The notes beneath the pieces were generated by a model. It saw nothing but the letters and a program-made list of their open reading frames with translations. It was not told the origin of the DNA and ran no database searches. From assembly GCF_009914755.1 (NCBI RefSeq), contig NC_060944.1: a stretch of 64,000 nucleotides of DNA. One strand, given 5' to 3'. The stretch comes from the human T2T-CHM13v2.0 reference genome, Homo sapiens. This document shows positions 14,728 to 28,930 of this stretch, one piece after another. Position numbers and translations under genes: made by a program. The stretch's first letter is position 1, and every line of letters starts with the position of its first letter.

Positions 14728-15680
14728 CTACTGACTTTTAAGACATACTAACTGCCAACACTGTTGAAGGCCTGTGCTAAGTCCTGTGCTGAGTTTTACA
14801 TGTCTGCCTTCGGTTAACCCTCATCCTAGAAGATGCTGATATTATGCCCATTGTACAAAAACCTTTGTTACTTCTCTGCAACTAGTGAAACAATGCAAGA
14901 GTTTAGTAAGAAAAATAATCTTCCCCATCCCTCTTTTTTTCTCACCCTACCTCCCCAAGATGAGTCTGTTAGCAAACTCATTAACGTGTGCAGGTTTTCA
15001 AAACAAATTGGGGAATGGTGCAGCATTTGCTTTTCAAAACAAAAAGATCCTACATTTCTTTTTAATTTGCTTATAATATACCGTAGATATTCTGCAAGTC
15101 AGAAGATACAGATATGATGCAAACATTTTAACAGCTTCATGACAAGCCATCAGACGGAGGGTCCGGGTCTCCATGTGGTGTGACTCTCCCACAGCTTAGT
15201 CACCCAGATCTCTCGTGATCTGTGGACGTGGACACAGTTTCCAGGTGTTTTATTGTTCGTGTGTGCGTGTTTCATCACAAAACAGGGCTACAGTGGAGAT
15301 CATTGTGCCTTTGTACTCAGATGTTTGTTAATGAATGAACTAGTGGACTAGTGGCCTGGATGGGTCAATAACTGTGTCTCTTCACTGCCTCTTCCTGGAC
15401 CATGTCCAGTACAGTATGTCATTTGCTCACCTCTGTGTCCTCCCCTCTAGATACGGCCATTTTCCAAGTCACAGGAGCAGCCTTCTTTCTTGGTCCCTGG
15501 TCACCCTTTAAGGCCCTGAAGTCTTCCTGAGGCCTCAAGGCTGGCTCATAGGATTCTGCCTTGGCCCTAGCCTCAGGCAAGGCTGCAGGGATACCCAGGC
15601 CTGGCAGGGGACTCCTTCCTGGGTCAGGGGTAGGAGACAGGATGTGACCATCCAAGAGGCCTTGCCTCGTATCTCCACAG

Positions 15681-15799
15681 ATTCAGAGGAAAATGACTCC
15701 AGTGTGTGCTTGGATTGGGAGCCCTGGAGCAAAGGCCCAGCTGAGTTTTGCTGGAAGGGGACACTCCACGGCCAAGAGAAGGAGAGGCCCTGCTGGTGA
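15681..15799 (+). CDS. ADIG: Adipogenin coding exon 2, (D)SEENDSSVCLDWEPWSKGPAEFCWKGTLHGQEKERPCW*
   Basis: Acceptor ctccacag ending 15680; G+AT = Asp; total protein 80 aa; TGA at 15797-15799; donor cag|gtgagg at 15814. Confidence 0.96.
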
Positions 15800-17114
15800 G
15801 CCTGCTGTGCCAGGTGAGGCCCTTCCAGGGGCCAGGGGGAGCCTCAAGGCCCACCCAAAGCCTTGGGCAGCTGCTATGTGGGCAAGAGGCTGCCTCCACC
15901 ATATTAGAGGTATGCTCCCTGGCCATGCTGGATGACGGGTTCTCTCCAGCATGTGAGAGCCTTCTGCTTCATTGTGGGGGAGACCTGGTGTTGCCCTGTT
16001 AAAGGGCCAGCCCCCTGTGCCACAAGGAGCCTTTACAAAGGTCCCCTACCCTTTACCCTAGGGCCTCACCCCCCACCACTTTCCTGATGGTCTTTGGCCA
16101 GCTGTTCCCTCAGACGTCTGCGTGGGGCACTCCCTCCCCTCTGAGGGCTTGCTCTAATGTCACTTTTTCAGCAGAGTCCCACTGGCCACCCTATTCGATA
16201 TTGAAGCCCCCACCCTATCCTCCGCATCGTGCTGCTTACCCTGCTCTGCTTTCCTTTCACTGTAGTACTTACCGCCTTCTAACACGTTTGATCGTGGCTG
16301 CATCCAAAGCCCCAAAATACTGCCAGACACATGCTAGAGGCTCAATACATGTTTGTGGAAGGATGACATGATATTATTATTATTATTATTACAATGGCTG
16401 GTATCCTTGGGGGCTCAATAGGTACCAAGGCCTGTCTGAACCGTTCCCCTTCCACAAGCTTACTTATGAAATCCTATGATGAGGATATGATTCTCACCTC
16501 CATTTACAAATGAGGCACACACACATACTCTCATGTGAGGTGTCAGGGCAATCAGATGCTGTACCCAAAGGCCCTTGCACCCATTGAATTCCTAGGAGAC
16601 CTCAGCCATTCCAGTGGGGTTAGATGCCATCTCTATACCAATGGCCCCAAAATGTGTGTGTCTCATCTAATCTCCTCCCAAGCTTTATTATCTGTCTGCT
16701 TGACACCCTCTCATGCCTAGAATAGGAATCTTGATTCCCATTGTCACCCAGCCAAGCAAAACAGCACCCTGATCTTCTGCTAGCTTTTCTTCATCTCCAT
16801 GAATAGCACCACTGTGGATTGATTCTGTTGCCCGAGTCACGAACCCGGGAGCCAGCCTCTCGCCTCTCTCTCCCAACTCTAATCTCCATCTCTCACGTGT
16901 CCGCCTTTCTCTGCCCTACTCTGAAGTTGGTTCATGCAGTGTGTTCACTAGCCCCCGACCCTGTCTGAGTGGAGGGAGGAGGTGGTGAAAAGGAGGGCCC
17001 CTCACTTAACCTAAGTTGTAATGATTTTTTAGCCTTTTGGGTCCCACCTTGACCACTGAGGGCCCTTTTCCCAGGAAAACTCCTCCTATGAATGCCCTCA
17101 GAGATTTGTGTACG

Positions 17115-17260
17115 GGGCCAGCTCCACAGGTGTGTAACCTGCAGTCCCACAAGGTCCCAGGCTTGGTTTCATGCTTGGCTATTGCTGTCTTGAAATTCTT
17201 AATTTTTGAACAAGGGGCCCCACGTGTTAATTTGCTATTGGGCCCTGCGAATTATGTAGC
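17115..17260. mobile_element. MER91-like hAT DNA transposon relic (similar relic at ~50600-50730)
   Basis: Motifs gtcttgaaattcttaatttttgaacaaggggcccc and gggccctg resemble MER91 from recall. Confidence 0.5.
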
Positions 17261-17291
17261 TTGATCTGTTTTTATATAATTTGTGGCATGA

Positions 17292-18098
<807 letters not shown>

Positions 18099-18448
18099 TG
18101 ACAAACCTACCAGGCCTGACCAAGTCATTCATTCAACCAGCGTAGGTCCGAGACTCAGCCCTGGCCCTGATTCAAGCCATCTAGGACCTTCTTGGGAATG
18201 CCCAACCCTCTTCCATCTGTTCAATGGGGATGGGGGGCTTGCTCTGAACTTCCATTCTCTGATTTCAAATTCGCTCCTTGATTGGACTTCAGGCTGATCT
18301 TAATAACAAATATTTGATAAATAGCTGCAGAGTGTCTACCAAGTGCCTAGTTTGGTAGGAGCAGGAATAGCTATAGGAGTAGCTCAACATTTAGTGAATG
18401 CTTACTACACGTCAGGCACTTTTCTATGTGCTTTATACATACGATTGC

Positions 18449-18800
<352 letters not shown>

Positions 18801-19574
18801 TTACCTCTGTTTTACACATGGGGAAACAGGCACAGAGCAGTTAGTAAGTTGCTCAGAGTCACACTGGGAGAGTTGGCATTTGAACCCAGGTTCCATGACT
18901 CCAGAACCAGGTCCCACTCCACTGTGCCAGTTCTTCCCCAGGTGGGGTGCTGGGGGAGGTATGGTGGGAGGCGTAAGTTTCCAGAGGCTGCAGGATGATG
19001 GGGGTGGGGGGATAAAGGGACAGGCCCTCCAAGGTACCAACTGGGCATCATCTTTATCCCTTCTTTCTCTCTCACTCCACACCCCACCAGCCACCACGAC
19101 TTCTAAATGTCCAAGGAGAGAGAATTGAGCCTGAAATCTTAGCTTGTCTCCTGGCCTTTGGTCTCCTGGCCTTGGTCTCTGCTCTTTCTGCCCTGTTGGA
19201 GTGATCCACCCAAAGCACAAATTGGGACATGTCCCTTCCTGGCTTCACGTCTTCCATGCTTTCCGTTGTCCGTGGGCTAAAGTCTGAGCTCCTCATCAGG
19301 TGCAGAAAGCCACCTTTTGGGATTTGAGCCCCACTGAATTTGCTGGATGAGGTTTCTATTCTTACCCACAGGCTACAATGAACACTCTTGAACCTAAATC
19401 CTTGCCCACAAGTGTGCTTCTATCCAGAGAACACATTCTGAAAGGAGAAATTGTTGAATATAAGACATGCATTTACATTTTGCAGAAACTAAGTTGCTCG
19501 ACCAAAAAGTGGCCCCAAGGGTACATTAGAAGTACCTGTTTCCCCAGTCCTTTGCCCCGCTGTGCAATCCCAAC

Positions 19575-20310
19575 ATGCTCTCTTACATACAGACACACAC
19601 ACGCATTATCACACACTCACACACACCCTCATACACACACTCTCATAGACACACACAGACACACACCCTCATACAGACACACATACACACACACACCCTC
19701 ATACAGACACACATATGCACACAGACACACACCCTCATACAGACACACATACACACACTGTCACACAGACACACCCTCATAGACACACACTGTCACACAG
19801 ACACACATACACAGACACACACCCTCATACAGACACACACATACACACACACAGACACAAACCCTCACACACACTCATACACTCACATACATATACACTC
19901 ACACACACCCTCACACATACACACTCATACACTCACACATACATATACACTCACACCCTCACACATACACTCACTACACCCACATCCACATGCATACACA
20001 CACATATGCTCTCAGACACCCTCACACATACACGCTATCACACACAGACACACACACTCTCATACACTCACACACATGCTCACACATATCCACTGACACA
20101 AACACCCTCACACGTACAGGCACACTATCACACACAGACACACACACACATACACTCACATATACACACTGTCACACAGTCACACTCATACCCACACACA
20201 CATATACACTCACTCATACAGACACACATACACACACCACCTTATACACACAGACACACTATCACACACTCTCACAGACACACATGCACACACGTATTCT
20301 CACACATTTA
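19575..20310. repeat. Degenerate CA-rich low-complexity tract
   Basis: About 730 bp of cacac/catac/cagac units; source of the spurious His/Thr ORFs. Confidence 0.95.
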
Positions 20311-21629
20311 AATATTTTGTTTTCCATCAGGCTGTGGCTTTGAAATGAGAATGAGAAGGAAACCTGGGCTAGACACACATCCATAGACACGCGCACTCAC
20401 ACACACGCACACACACCCACAACCCTCCCTTCTCCACACAAGCCTTGCTCCAGCTGATGAGCTTTTGTCACCACGGGGTTTTCCTGGGAGCTGCAGGGGT
20501 GGCGTTGAATGAACCCTGTTGGCAACTCCTCCCTGTGGTGGAAGCTCTGCCTGGCATTGTCTGCATTTTTGCCAGATGCCCCGTTCTGTGGAGTCTCTGT
20601 GCATTGCTTACTCGGCCCTGCCCCACTGTGCTGTGAGGGGCTGCTGGGCCATTGTTCAGCCTCCCTTCTGGCCTAGAAAAGCCAGCAGAGCCCCCCAGCC
20701 CTCTTGCCCCACCTGCTGAGGAGGCAACCCCGAGGAGAGTGAGTGCAGTGGGCCCTGCACTGGGGTCTGGGGAGAGCATCTGCCATGCCCCTGGAACCTT
20801 TGAGGCAGAAGGCAGATGAGGCCGCTCCTCAGGGCCCCGGGCAGGTGACAGCTCTGGAGAACAATTGTGGGGAGTGTGGGGAGACGCCTTCCCTGCTTTG
20901 GTGAGGGCTGAGACCCCGGGCCTCTACGGATGTGGACGAGGTCCCCATTCTGGCACACACAGACACACACACGCACACATGCACACTCATACAGAGGAGA
21001 TGGGCATGTGACTGGTAAACACATCCCATGACACTCTAGTCACAGGCTCCCGAGAGACATCATCCCCACGTAGCAGCCACGGCTGAGTGCCCATGCATTA
21101 TCCCACTGGATCCTCACAACAGCCCTCTCAGTCGCGTCATGGTTCCATTTTCAGACGAGGAAACTGAGATTCAGAGAGGTTAAGCAACTCGCCCAAAGTC
21201 ACACAGCCATGAAGTGGCTCATTTTTCTGACTCTTAACTGGGATGTGTGTCTCCAGATCCACGGGGATGCCCCTGGCTCTTCCTAGAGCTGAATGATGGA
21301 GCTTAAGGCTGTGCGGTTGATGTTTGTAGGAAACTCAGGTGCACTCGGGACCGCAAACCTGTCTCCCCAGGCTGAGGGGCGCAGGGACCCTGCGAGGACA
21401 GTCACCAGCATGACATGGGAGCACCGCAGGGGCATCAGCAAAGCAGGGTGTATCTGACTGTCGGTGCATCTCATTGAAAGCCACACCCCTTGTCACAGCA
21501 TATCTTCTAGGCACAGGCTTATTTTCTACCCCTAACCCTGGGGCCACAGGCCTGGACTCCCGAGTGCAAGCCCATCACCATCCCATTCAGCCTCAGTGTC
21601 ATCGTCTGCAAAACGGCCAATCCCCTCTG

Positions 21630-22035
21630 CATTTGCTTCCAGGAGCTCCCATGACAGAGTGTCACAAGCTGGGTGGTTTAGAACAACAGAAGCGTGTGGG
21701 CTCTTACTTCTGGGGGCTAGAAGTCCACAGTTATGGTACTGGCATTGCCAGGCTCCCTCCAAACCCTGCAGAGGAAGGAGCCTTCCTTGCCTTTCACAGG
21801 TTCTGGTGGCTCCAATGTGCCTCAGCTTGTGGCAGCATCACCCAGCTGCGGCCTCTGCCCTCACATAGTGTCCCCACTGTGTGTCTTCCCATCATCTTCT
21901 TGATATGCACACCTGTGTCGGGGACCGATTTTCCCCTTTCAGAGGGACACCAGTCTTATTGGGTTAGGGCCCACCCTACCAACCACATTTTAACTTGATT
22001 ATCTCTGTCAAAACCCTATTTCCAAATAAAGTCAC
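21630..22035. mobile_element. MaLR MLT1-type LTR, left part, interrupted by HERV-H; continues at 28448-28520
   Basis: ...aaaaccctatttccaaataaagtcac | attcagagctactggggcttagg...aacccataaca rejoins as continuous MLT1 text. Confidence 0.8.
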
Positions 22036-22446
22036 TTTCATGCGCGTCCATGTGAAGAGACCACCAAACAGCCTTTGTGTGAGCAACAAGGCTGTTTATT
22101 TCACCTGGGTGCAGGTGGGCTGAGTCCGAAAGGAGAGTCAGCAAAGGGAGATGGGGGTGGGGCCGTTTTATAAGATTTGGGTAGGTAAAGGAAAATTACA
22201 GTCAAAGGGGGGTTGTTCTCTGGCGGGCAGGAGTGGGGGTCACAAGGTGCTCAGTAGGGGAATTTTTGAGCCAGGATGAGTCAGAAGGAATTTCACAAGA
22301 TAATGTCATCAGTTAAGGCAGGAACAGGCCATTTTCACTTCTTTTGTGGTGGAATGTCATCAGTTAAGGCAGGAACAGGCCATCTGGATGTGTACATGCA
22401 GGTCACAGGGGATATGATGGCTTAGCTTGGGCTCAGAGGCCTGACA
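22036..22446 (-). promoter_or_regulatory. HERV-H 3' LTR (LTR7)
   Basis: About 94-95% identical to the 5' LTR by eye; AATAAA (minus) at 22095-22100; purine tract AAGAAGACAGGAA directly precedes it on the minus strand. Confidence 0.95.
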
Positions 22447-22899
22447 TTCCTGTCTTCTTATATTAATAAGAAAAATAAAAGGAAATAGTGGTATAGTGTT
22501 GGGACGGTGAAAATTTTTGGGGGGTGGTATGGAGAGATAATAATGGGTGATGTTTCTCAGGGCTGCTTCGAGCGGGATTAGGGGCGGCGTGGGAACCTAG
22601 AGTGAGAGAGATTAAGCTGAAGAAAGATTTTGTGGTAAGGGGTGATATTGTGGGGTTGTTAGAAGAAACATTTGTCATTTAGAATTATTGATGATGGCCT
22701 GAATTGTCATTTAGAATTATTGCATGAATTGAAAAACTAAACGGAATAAGAGAAGGAAAAAAACAGGTATTAAAGGACTAAGAATTGGGAGGACCTAGGA
22801 CATCTAATTAGAGAGTGCCTAAGGAGGTTCAGTATAGCCTTGCCAGCAAAGATTATTTATTTACTTTAAGAGTTAAGAGTGGCGGTTTGGGGATAGCAC

Positions 22900-25151
22900 C
22901 AGGAGATATCAGCTGTGATGGCTTGAAGAAACAGTGTAAACTGGCAGTGTAAACAAGAGCAGGGCATGTATGAGTAGTTGAGAACAGTGAATAGGAGTAT
23001 GACTAGATAGTAGGGATGACAAGTTTTTTGGGGCACAGTCCAAGTTGGTCTGGTGTCTGGAATGAGACTGGGGCCTAATAAAAAGGAGCGTCCATGCAGA
23101 AGCTCAAATGGGCTGTACCCTGTAGCATTCCGAGGACAGGCCTGAATTCTGAGAAGGGAAAGTGGTAAAAGTATTGTCCAGTCCTTTTTAAGTTGGTGGC
23201 TGAGCTTGGTGAGGTGTGTTTTTAAGACTATTAGTCCGTTCTACTTTTCCTGAAGACTGAGGACCTTAAGGGATATAAAGGTTTCACTGAATACTAAGAG
23301 CCTGAAAAAATGCTTGGCTGATTTGACTAATAAAGGCCGGTCTGCTATCGGACTGTATACAGGTGGGAAGGCCAAACAGAGGAATTATGTCTGACAGAAG
23401 GGAAGAAATGACCGCAGTGACCTTCTCAGACCCTGTGGGAAAGGCCTCTACCTATCCAGTGAAAGTGTCTACCTAGACTAAGAGGTATTTTAGTTTTCTG
23501 ACTTGGGGCAAATCCCTGAGCTTGATGTGTAGGGAAGGGAGGGGGCCTGAATAATCCCTGAGGAGTAGTAGAATAGCAGATGGAACACTGAGAAGTTATT
23601 TCCTTGAGGATAGATTTCCACGATGGAAAGGAAATGAGAGGTTCTAAGAGGCGGGCTAGTGGCTTGTACTATAGCATAGCCTGCCTTCGCTGGTGTGTGG
23701 CGATTAGGCCTGGTGGAACTGCCATCAATAAACCAAGTATGATCAGGGTGAGAAACAGGGAAGAAGGAAATGTGGGGAAATGGGGTGAACGTCAGGTGGA
23801 TCAGAGAGATGCAGTCATGAGGGTCAGGTGTGGTATCAGTAATAATGTGGGAGGCCAGATTGAAGTCCGGGCCAGGAACAATGGTAATTGTGGGAGACTC
23901 AACAAAGAGTGAGTACAGCTGAAGGAGCCGCGGAGCAGACAGTATATGCGTCAGGTGTGAGGAAGAAAACAGATTTTGGAAATTATGAGAGCTGTAGAGA
24001 GTGAGTTGAGCATAGTTTGTATTTTAAGGGCCTCTAAAAGTATTAGGGCGGCAGCAGCCGCTGCACGGAGACGTGATGGCCAGCCTAAAACAGTAAGGTC
24101 AAGTTGTTTGGACAAAAGGGCTACAGGGCGCGATCCCGGTCGTTGTGTAAGAATTCTGACTGCACAGCCTTGCACTTCGGCTGTGTGTAATGAAAAGGGC
24201 TGGGATAAGTCAGGGAGAGCTAGGGTGGGGGCAGTCTCTAAAGCTGTCTTCAAGGAATGGAAAGAGGTGTGGGGAAAGGATTTAGGATTTATGGAGTCAG
24301 CTAGGTTTCCTTTTGTGAGTTTATATAATGGTTTTTTTAGGATGGCAAAACCAGGTATCCAAAGGCGAAAGTATCTAACCATGCCCAGGAAGGAAAGGAG
24401 TTGTTGTTTTGTAGAAGGGGTTGGGGTTTGAGAGATCAGTCAGACACGATCGGCAGGGAGAGCACATGTGTTTTTATGAAGAATTATGCTGAGGTAGGTA
24501 ACGGATGGAGAAGAAATTTGAGCTTTGAAGGGGGATACTTGGTATCCTTTGGAGAATAAATGCTGAAGGAGCAGAAGTGTGTCTTGTTGAGAAGATTCAA
24601 AAGAGGGGCAACAAAGAAGAAGCTCATCAATATATTGAATAAGGTGAGAAGCGGAGGGGTGGAAAGAAAGTAAATCATGAGAAAGCTTGGCTGAAGTAAT
24701 GAGGGCTATCCCTGAAACCTTGCGGCAGCACAGCCCAGGTAAGCTGCTGGGACTGATGGGTGTCAGGGTCAGTCCAGGTGAAAGCAAAGAGAGGCTGGGA
24801 TGAGGGGTGTAGGGGAATAGTGAAAAAAGCATCTTTAAGATCAAGAACAGAATAGTGAGTTGTGGAGGAAGGTATTGAGAACAAAAGAGTGTACAGGTTG
24901 GGCACCACAGGGCGGATAGGCAAAACAATTTGGTTGATAAGGCTCAGATCCTGAACTAATCTGTAAGGCTTGTGCGGTTTTTGGACAGGTAAAATGGGGG
25001 AATTGTAAGGAGAGTTTATAGGTTTTAGAAGCCCATGCTGTAGCAGGCGAGTGATAACAGGCTTTAATCCTTTTAAAGCGTGCTGTGGGATGGGATATTG
25101 GCGTTGAGCGGGGTAAGGATGATTAGGTTTTAATGGGAGAGTAATGGGCAT
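22900..25151 (-). pseudogene. HERV-H pol remnant (frameshifted RT, deleted RNaseH/integrase)
   Basis: SPYNSPILPV, LDLKDAFF and LPQGFRDSP motifs; frameshift near 24680; YIDE replaces YxDD; later pieces in separate frames. Left boundary approximate. Confidence 0.88.
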
Positions 25152-25184
25152 GTGATTGGTTGCCAGGGAAGGAGTAGAGATGTC

Positions 25185-25574
25185 CTATACTTGTGGGCTA
25201 AGGTGGGGGCATACGAGAGGAAGACACAAAGGAGGCTTTGGGTTGGGGAGAAGGGCAGCAATGAGATGTGGCTGTAGTCCAGGAATAGTCAGGGAAGCAG
25301 ATAATTTGGTTAAAATATCTCGGCCTAATAAGGGAACTGGGCAGGTGGGGATAACTAAAAAAGAATGCATAAAAGAGTGTTGTCTAAGTTGGCACCAGAG
25401 TGGGAGAGTTTTCAGGGGTTTTGAAGCTTGGCCGTCAATAGTTACAGCAGTTATCAGGGCAAGGGAAACAGGCCCTTGAAAAGAAGGTAACGTGGAGTGG
25501 GTAGCCCCCGTATCGATTAAACAGGGGATGGACTTACCCTCCACTGTGAGAGTTACCTGAAGCTCGGCGTCCAT
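25185..25574 (-). pseudogene. HERV-H protease remnant
   Basis: LIDTGATHS aspartyl-protease motif and PLLGRDIL. Confidence 0.92.
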
Positions 25575-25610
25575 GATGGTCCGGGGGGCTTCCGAGGCGA
25601 TCGGGCAGCG

Positions 25611-27150
25611 TCAATCTTCAGTCGCTAAGCCGAGCAGATCTGAGAAGGAGTCAGTCAGACAGCCTTGGGCTAGAGCTTTAGGGGCTCTAGGAGTGGCTGC
25701 CGGGCGAGCTGGGCAGTCTGCCTTCCAGTGGGTCCTTCCACAGATGGGACATGGCTTGGGAGAAATCCTGGGCTGCGGGCATTCCTTGGCCCAGTGGCCG
25801 GATTTCTGGCACTTGAAGCAAGATCCTGATGGAGGAAGTCTTGTAGGAATGCTTGACTGCTGCGGCTTAGGTGTGTGCGGCTTAGGCATTTTGAAGTTCT
25901 TGTGTGCTGGAGGTGTGGCTGGGTTTTGTCTCACAGCAGAGGCAAGTAATTGTAACTCAGACATGCGTTGCCGTCTGGCTGCTTCCTCTCTATTACTGTA
26001 CACCTTGAAGGCGAGGTTGATTAATTCCTGTTGTGGGGTTTGAGGGCCAGATTCTAATTTTTGAAGTTTTTTCCTAATGTCAGGAGTGGATTGGGTGATA
26101 AAATGCATATTAAGAATAAGGCGGCCTTCTGGCCCCTCTGGGTCTAGGGCGGTAAAGCGTGTAAGGGTCGCTGCCAAGCGGGCCATGACCTGGGCTGGGT
26201 TTTCATCTTTACCTTGGGTAGTTTCTCTAAGTTTGTCAGAATTACCAGCTTTGTAAGCTGCCTTTTTAAGCCTTTCAACTAGGCAGGAAATCATGTAATC
26301 TCGCCTAGCTGTACCTGGGGAATCTGCCTGATAGTTCCATTGGGGGTCCTCTCGGGGAACTGCTCTAATGCCTTCCTGGAGGTCAAGTTCATGAAGCCGG
26401 CGGTTATCAGCGTGAGATTGGGCTAGAGAAAAAACTCTTTCCCGTTCATCTGGGGAGAGGGTAGAAGTCAGGATGACATTTAAGTCACTTCAGGTTAAAT
26501 TGTAGGATGGAGTTAGATATTGGAATTCCTGTATATGTTTAGTGGGGTCTGATGAGAAAGAGCCTAAATGCTGGCTGATCTGAGAGAGGTCTGATAGAGA
26601 AAAAGGTACATGTACCCTGACTATGCCTTCAGCTCCAGCCATCTCTCTAAGAGGAAATTGTTGGGCAGGTGGGGAAGAGCGGAACTAAACTGTAAGCCGG
26701 ACCGGGTATGAGGAAGGGAGGTGGTAGAAGGATTATAGGGTGGAGGAGCGGAGGCTGAGGAAGAATTGGGACTTAGCTCGGCCTGGCGACGAGCAGCCTG
26801 GGGAGGAGGGGAAGAGTCAGATGAGTCTGTAGAAAAGGAAGACTGGAAAGACTCAGCGACACTTGGGGTTGGGACTGAGGGGACAGGCGGGAGGGAAAGA
26901 AGGAGGATTTGGGAGGAATCGCATTGGGAACAGAGACTAGAGAGGGAACAAAGTGTGAAAAATGTCTGGATGTAAGGCACCTGGGACCATTTGCCTATTT
27001 TTCAACAAAAATTATTTAGGTCTTGTAGGATGGAGAAATTGAAAGTGCCATTTTCTGGCCATTTAGAGCTATTGTCAAGTTTGTATCGGGGCCAAGCAGT
27101 GTTGCAGAAGAAGATAAGGCATTTAGGTTTTAGGTCAGGTGTGAGTTGAA
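25611..27150 (-). pseudogene. HERV-H gag remnant (CA/NC part open for 227 aa)
   Basis: MHR-like TQGKDENPAQ..RL; two CCHC knuckles CFKCQKSGHWAKEC and CPICGRTHWKADC; upstream part (CNTAWP..WPENGTF) is broken by stops and frameshifts. Confidence 0.9.
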
Positions 27151-27309
27151 GAGGTTTTAGGTTTTTAAGAACACAGGCTAAGGGAGAAGAAGGAGGAATG
27201 GAGGGTGGAAGTTTGCCTATAGTGAAGGAGGCAAGCCTAGAGAAAAGAGAGAGTAGAGACACGGAGGGAAGGGGTTCGGGGGTTCTTACCTTCCAGAAAA
27301 GCGGGAAAG

Positions 27310-27485
27310 GGGTCAGGGCGCAGAAATAAGGGGTTGGGGCACAGAGACAAGAGGTTGGGGCACAGAAATAAGGGATTGGGGCATGGAAATAAGGGATTGG
27401 GGCACAGAGATAAGAGGTCGGGGTATGGAAATAAGGGATCGGGGCACAGAGATAAGAGGTCAGGGCGTGGAAATAAGGGATCGGG
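27310..27485. repeat. HERV-H leader tandem repeat (~21-bp units, ggggcacagagataagagg / ggaaataaggga)
   Basis: About 8 imperfect units visible. Confidence 0.85.
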
Positions 27486-28008
27486 GGGTTCTTGCCCCCC
27501 AGAAAAGCGAAGAAGGGGTAGAACACGGAGAGAGGGAGTTGGGGGATTCTTGTACCCCAGAAAAGTGGTACTTGCTGCTAAGAGTGAAGGACCAAGGCAG
27601 GCGTCCCTGTGTGGTCAGACACCTCTGAAATGTGGGTGAATGATCAGAGAGGCATCCCTGCAATGATTAAACACCAAAGGAAGGCTGCCTTCCCGAGTCC
27701 ATGACCGGTGCCGGGATTTTGGGTCCACGGATAAAATGTGTCTCCTTTGTCTCTACCAGAAAATGAAAGGAATTGAAATTAAGAGAAGGGAGAGATTGAA
27801 GTGTGGTGCCAAGATTGAATGGAGAAAGAGGTTGAGGGATAGTGAGGGAGGTTGGAGAAGAGAGTAAAAACAGGCTGCTTAGCGGATTTAAAATTGGTGA
27901 GATGTTCCTTGGGCTGGTGGGTCTGAGGACCCGAGGTCATAGGTGGATCTTTTTCACGGAGCAAAGAGCAGGAGGAAAGGGGATTGATCTCCCAAGGGAG
28001 GTCCCCTG

Positions 28009-28026
28009 ATCCTAGTCATGGCACCA
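28009..28026 (-). other. tRNA-His primer binding site
   Basis: TGGTGCCATGACTAGGAT, 16/18 match to the His PBS TGGTGCCGTGACTCGGAT, 2 nt after the 5' LTR. Confidence 0.92.
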
Positions 28027-28028
28027 AA

Positions 28029-28442
28029 TTTCATGTGCATCCATGTGAAGAGACCACCAAACAGGCTTTGTGTGAGCAACAAGGCTGTTTATTTCACCTG
28101 GATGCAGACAGGCTGAGTCTGAAAAGAGAGTCAGCAAAGGGAGATAGGGGTGGGGCCGTTTTATAAGATTTGGGTAGGTAAAGGAAAATTACAGTCAAAG
28201 GGGGGTTGTTCTCTGGCAGGCAGGAGTGGGAGTCACAAGGTGCTCAGTAGGGGAGCTTTTGAGCCAGGATGAGCCTGGAGAAGGAATTTCACAAGATAAT
28301 ATCATCAGTTAAGGCAGGAACAGGCCATTTTCACTTCTTTTGTGGTGGAATGTCATCAGTTAAGGCAAGAACCAGCCATCTGGATGTGTATGTGCAGGTC
28401 ACAGGGGATATGATGGCTAAGCTTGGGCTCAGAGGCCTGACA
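28029..28442 (-). promoter_or_regulatory. HERV-H 5' LTR (LTR7)
   Basis: TATA-like TTATAAAA (minus, 28159-28166), GT/GC box ggggtgggg (28147-28155), AATAAA (minus, 28088-28093), duplicated ccttaactgat unit in U3. Confidence 0.95.
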
Positions 28443-28629
28443 GTCACATTCAGAGCTACTGGGGCTTAGGCATTCACATGTTTTTCATATGTTTTTGGTA
28501 GGACACTTGAACCCATAACACTCTCTTGAGAGTTTATCATGAGGATTGAATGTGGTAATGCATGTAAAGCTGTGATCACAGTGCTTGGCTGGCACTTCAT
28601 TCCATAAATTACTTTTGAAAGAAATAATT

Positions 28630-28930
28630 GGCTGGGCATGGTAGCTCATGCCTGTAATCCCAGCACTTTAGGAAGCGGAGGTGGAAGCATCACTTGAAGC
28701 CAGGAGTTTGAGACCAGCCTGGGCAACATAGTGAGACCCCTGTCTCTACAAAACAATAAATAAAAATGGCTGAGTGTGGTGGCACACGCCTAGTAAATCC
28801 TAGCTCCATCCAGAGACTGAGGCTGGAGGATCGCTTGAGCCTAGGAGGTCAAGGCTACAGTGAGCTGTGATCACACCACTGCACACCAGCCTGGGTGATA
28901 CAGTGAGAGCCAGTCTCAGAAAAGAAAAAG
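28630..28930 (+). mobile_element. Alu (AluJ-like)
   Basis: Diverged dimeric Alu. Confidence 0.88.

Larger units (their letters stand above)
22036..28442 (-). mobile_element. HERV-H provirus, LTR7-internal-LTR7, 6.4-kb deleted/non-autonomous type
   Basis: Two ~412-bp LTRs starting TGTCAGGCCTCTGAGCCCAAGC on the minus strand; 5-bp TSD GTCAC (22031-22035, 28443-28447); His PBS; gag/pro/pol remnants; PPT beside the 3' LTR. Confidence 0.97.

Noticed and set aside
19378-20343. His/Thr-rich ORFs up to 198 aa
   Set aside because: Translation of a CA-rich simple repeat that lacks stop codons by composition.
22447-23000. Intact HERV-H env
   Set aside because: Internal region is only ~5.6 kb and no env-length ORF exists; at most a short remnant.
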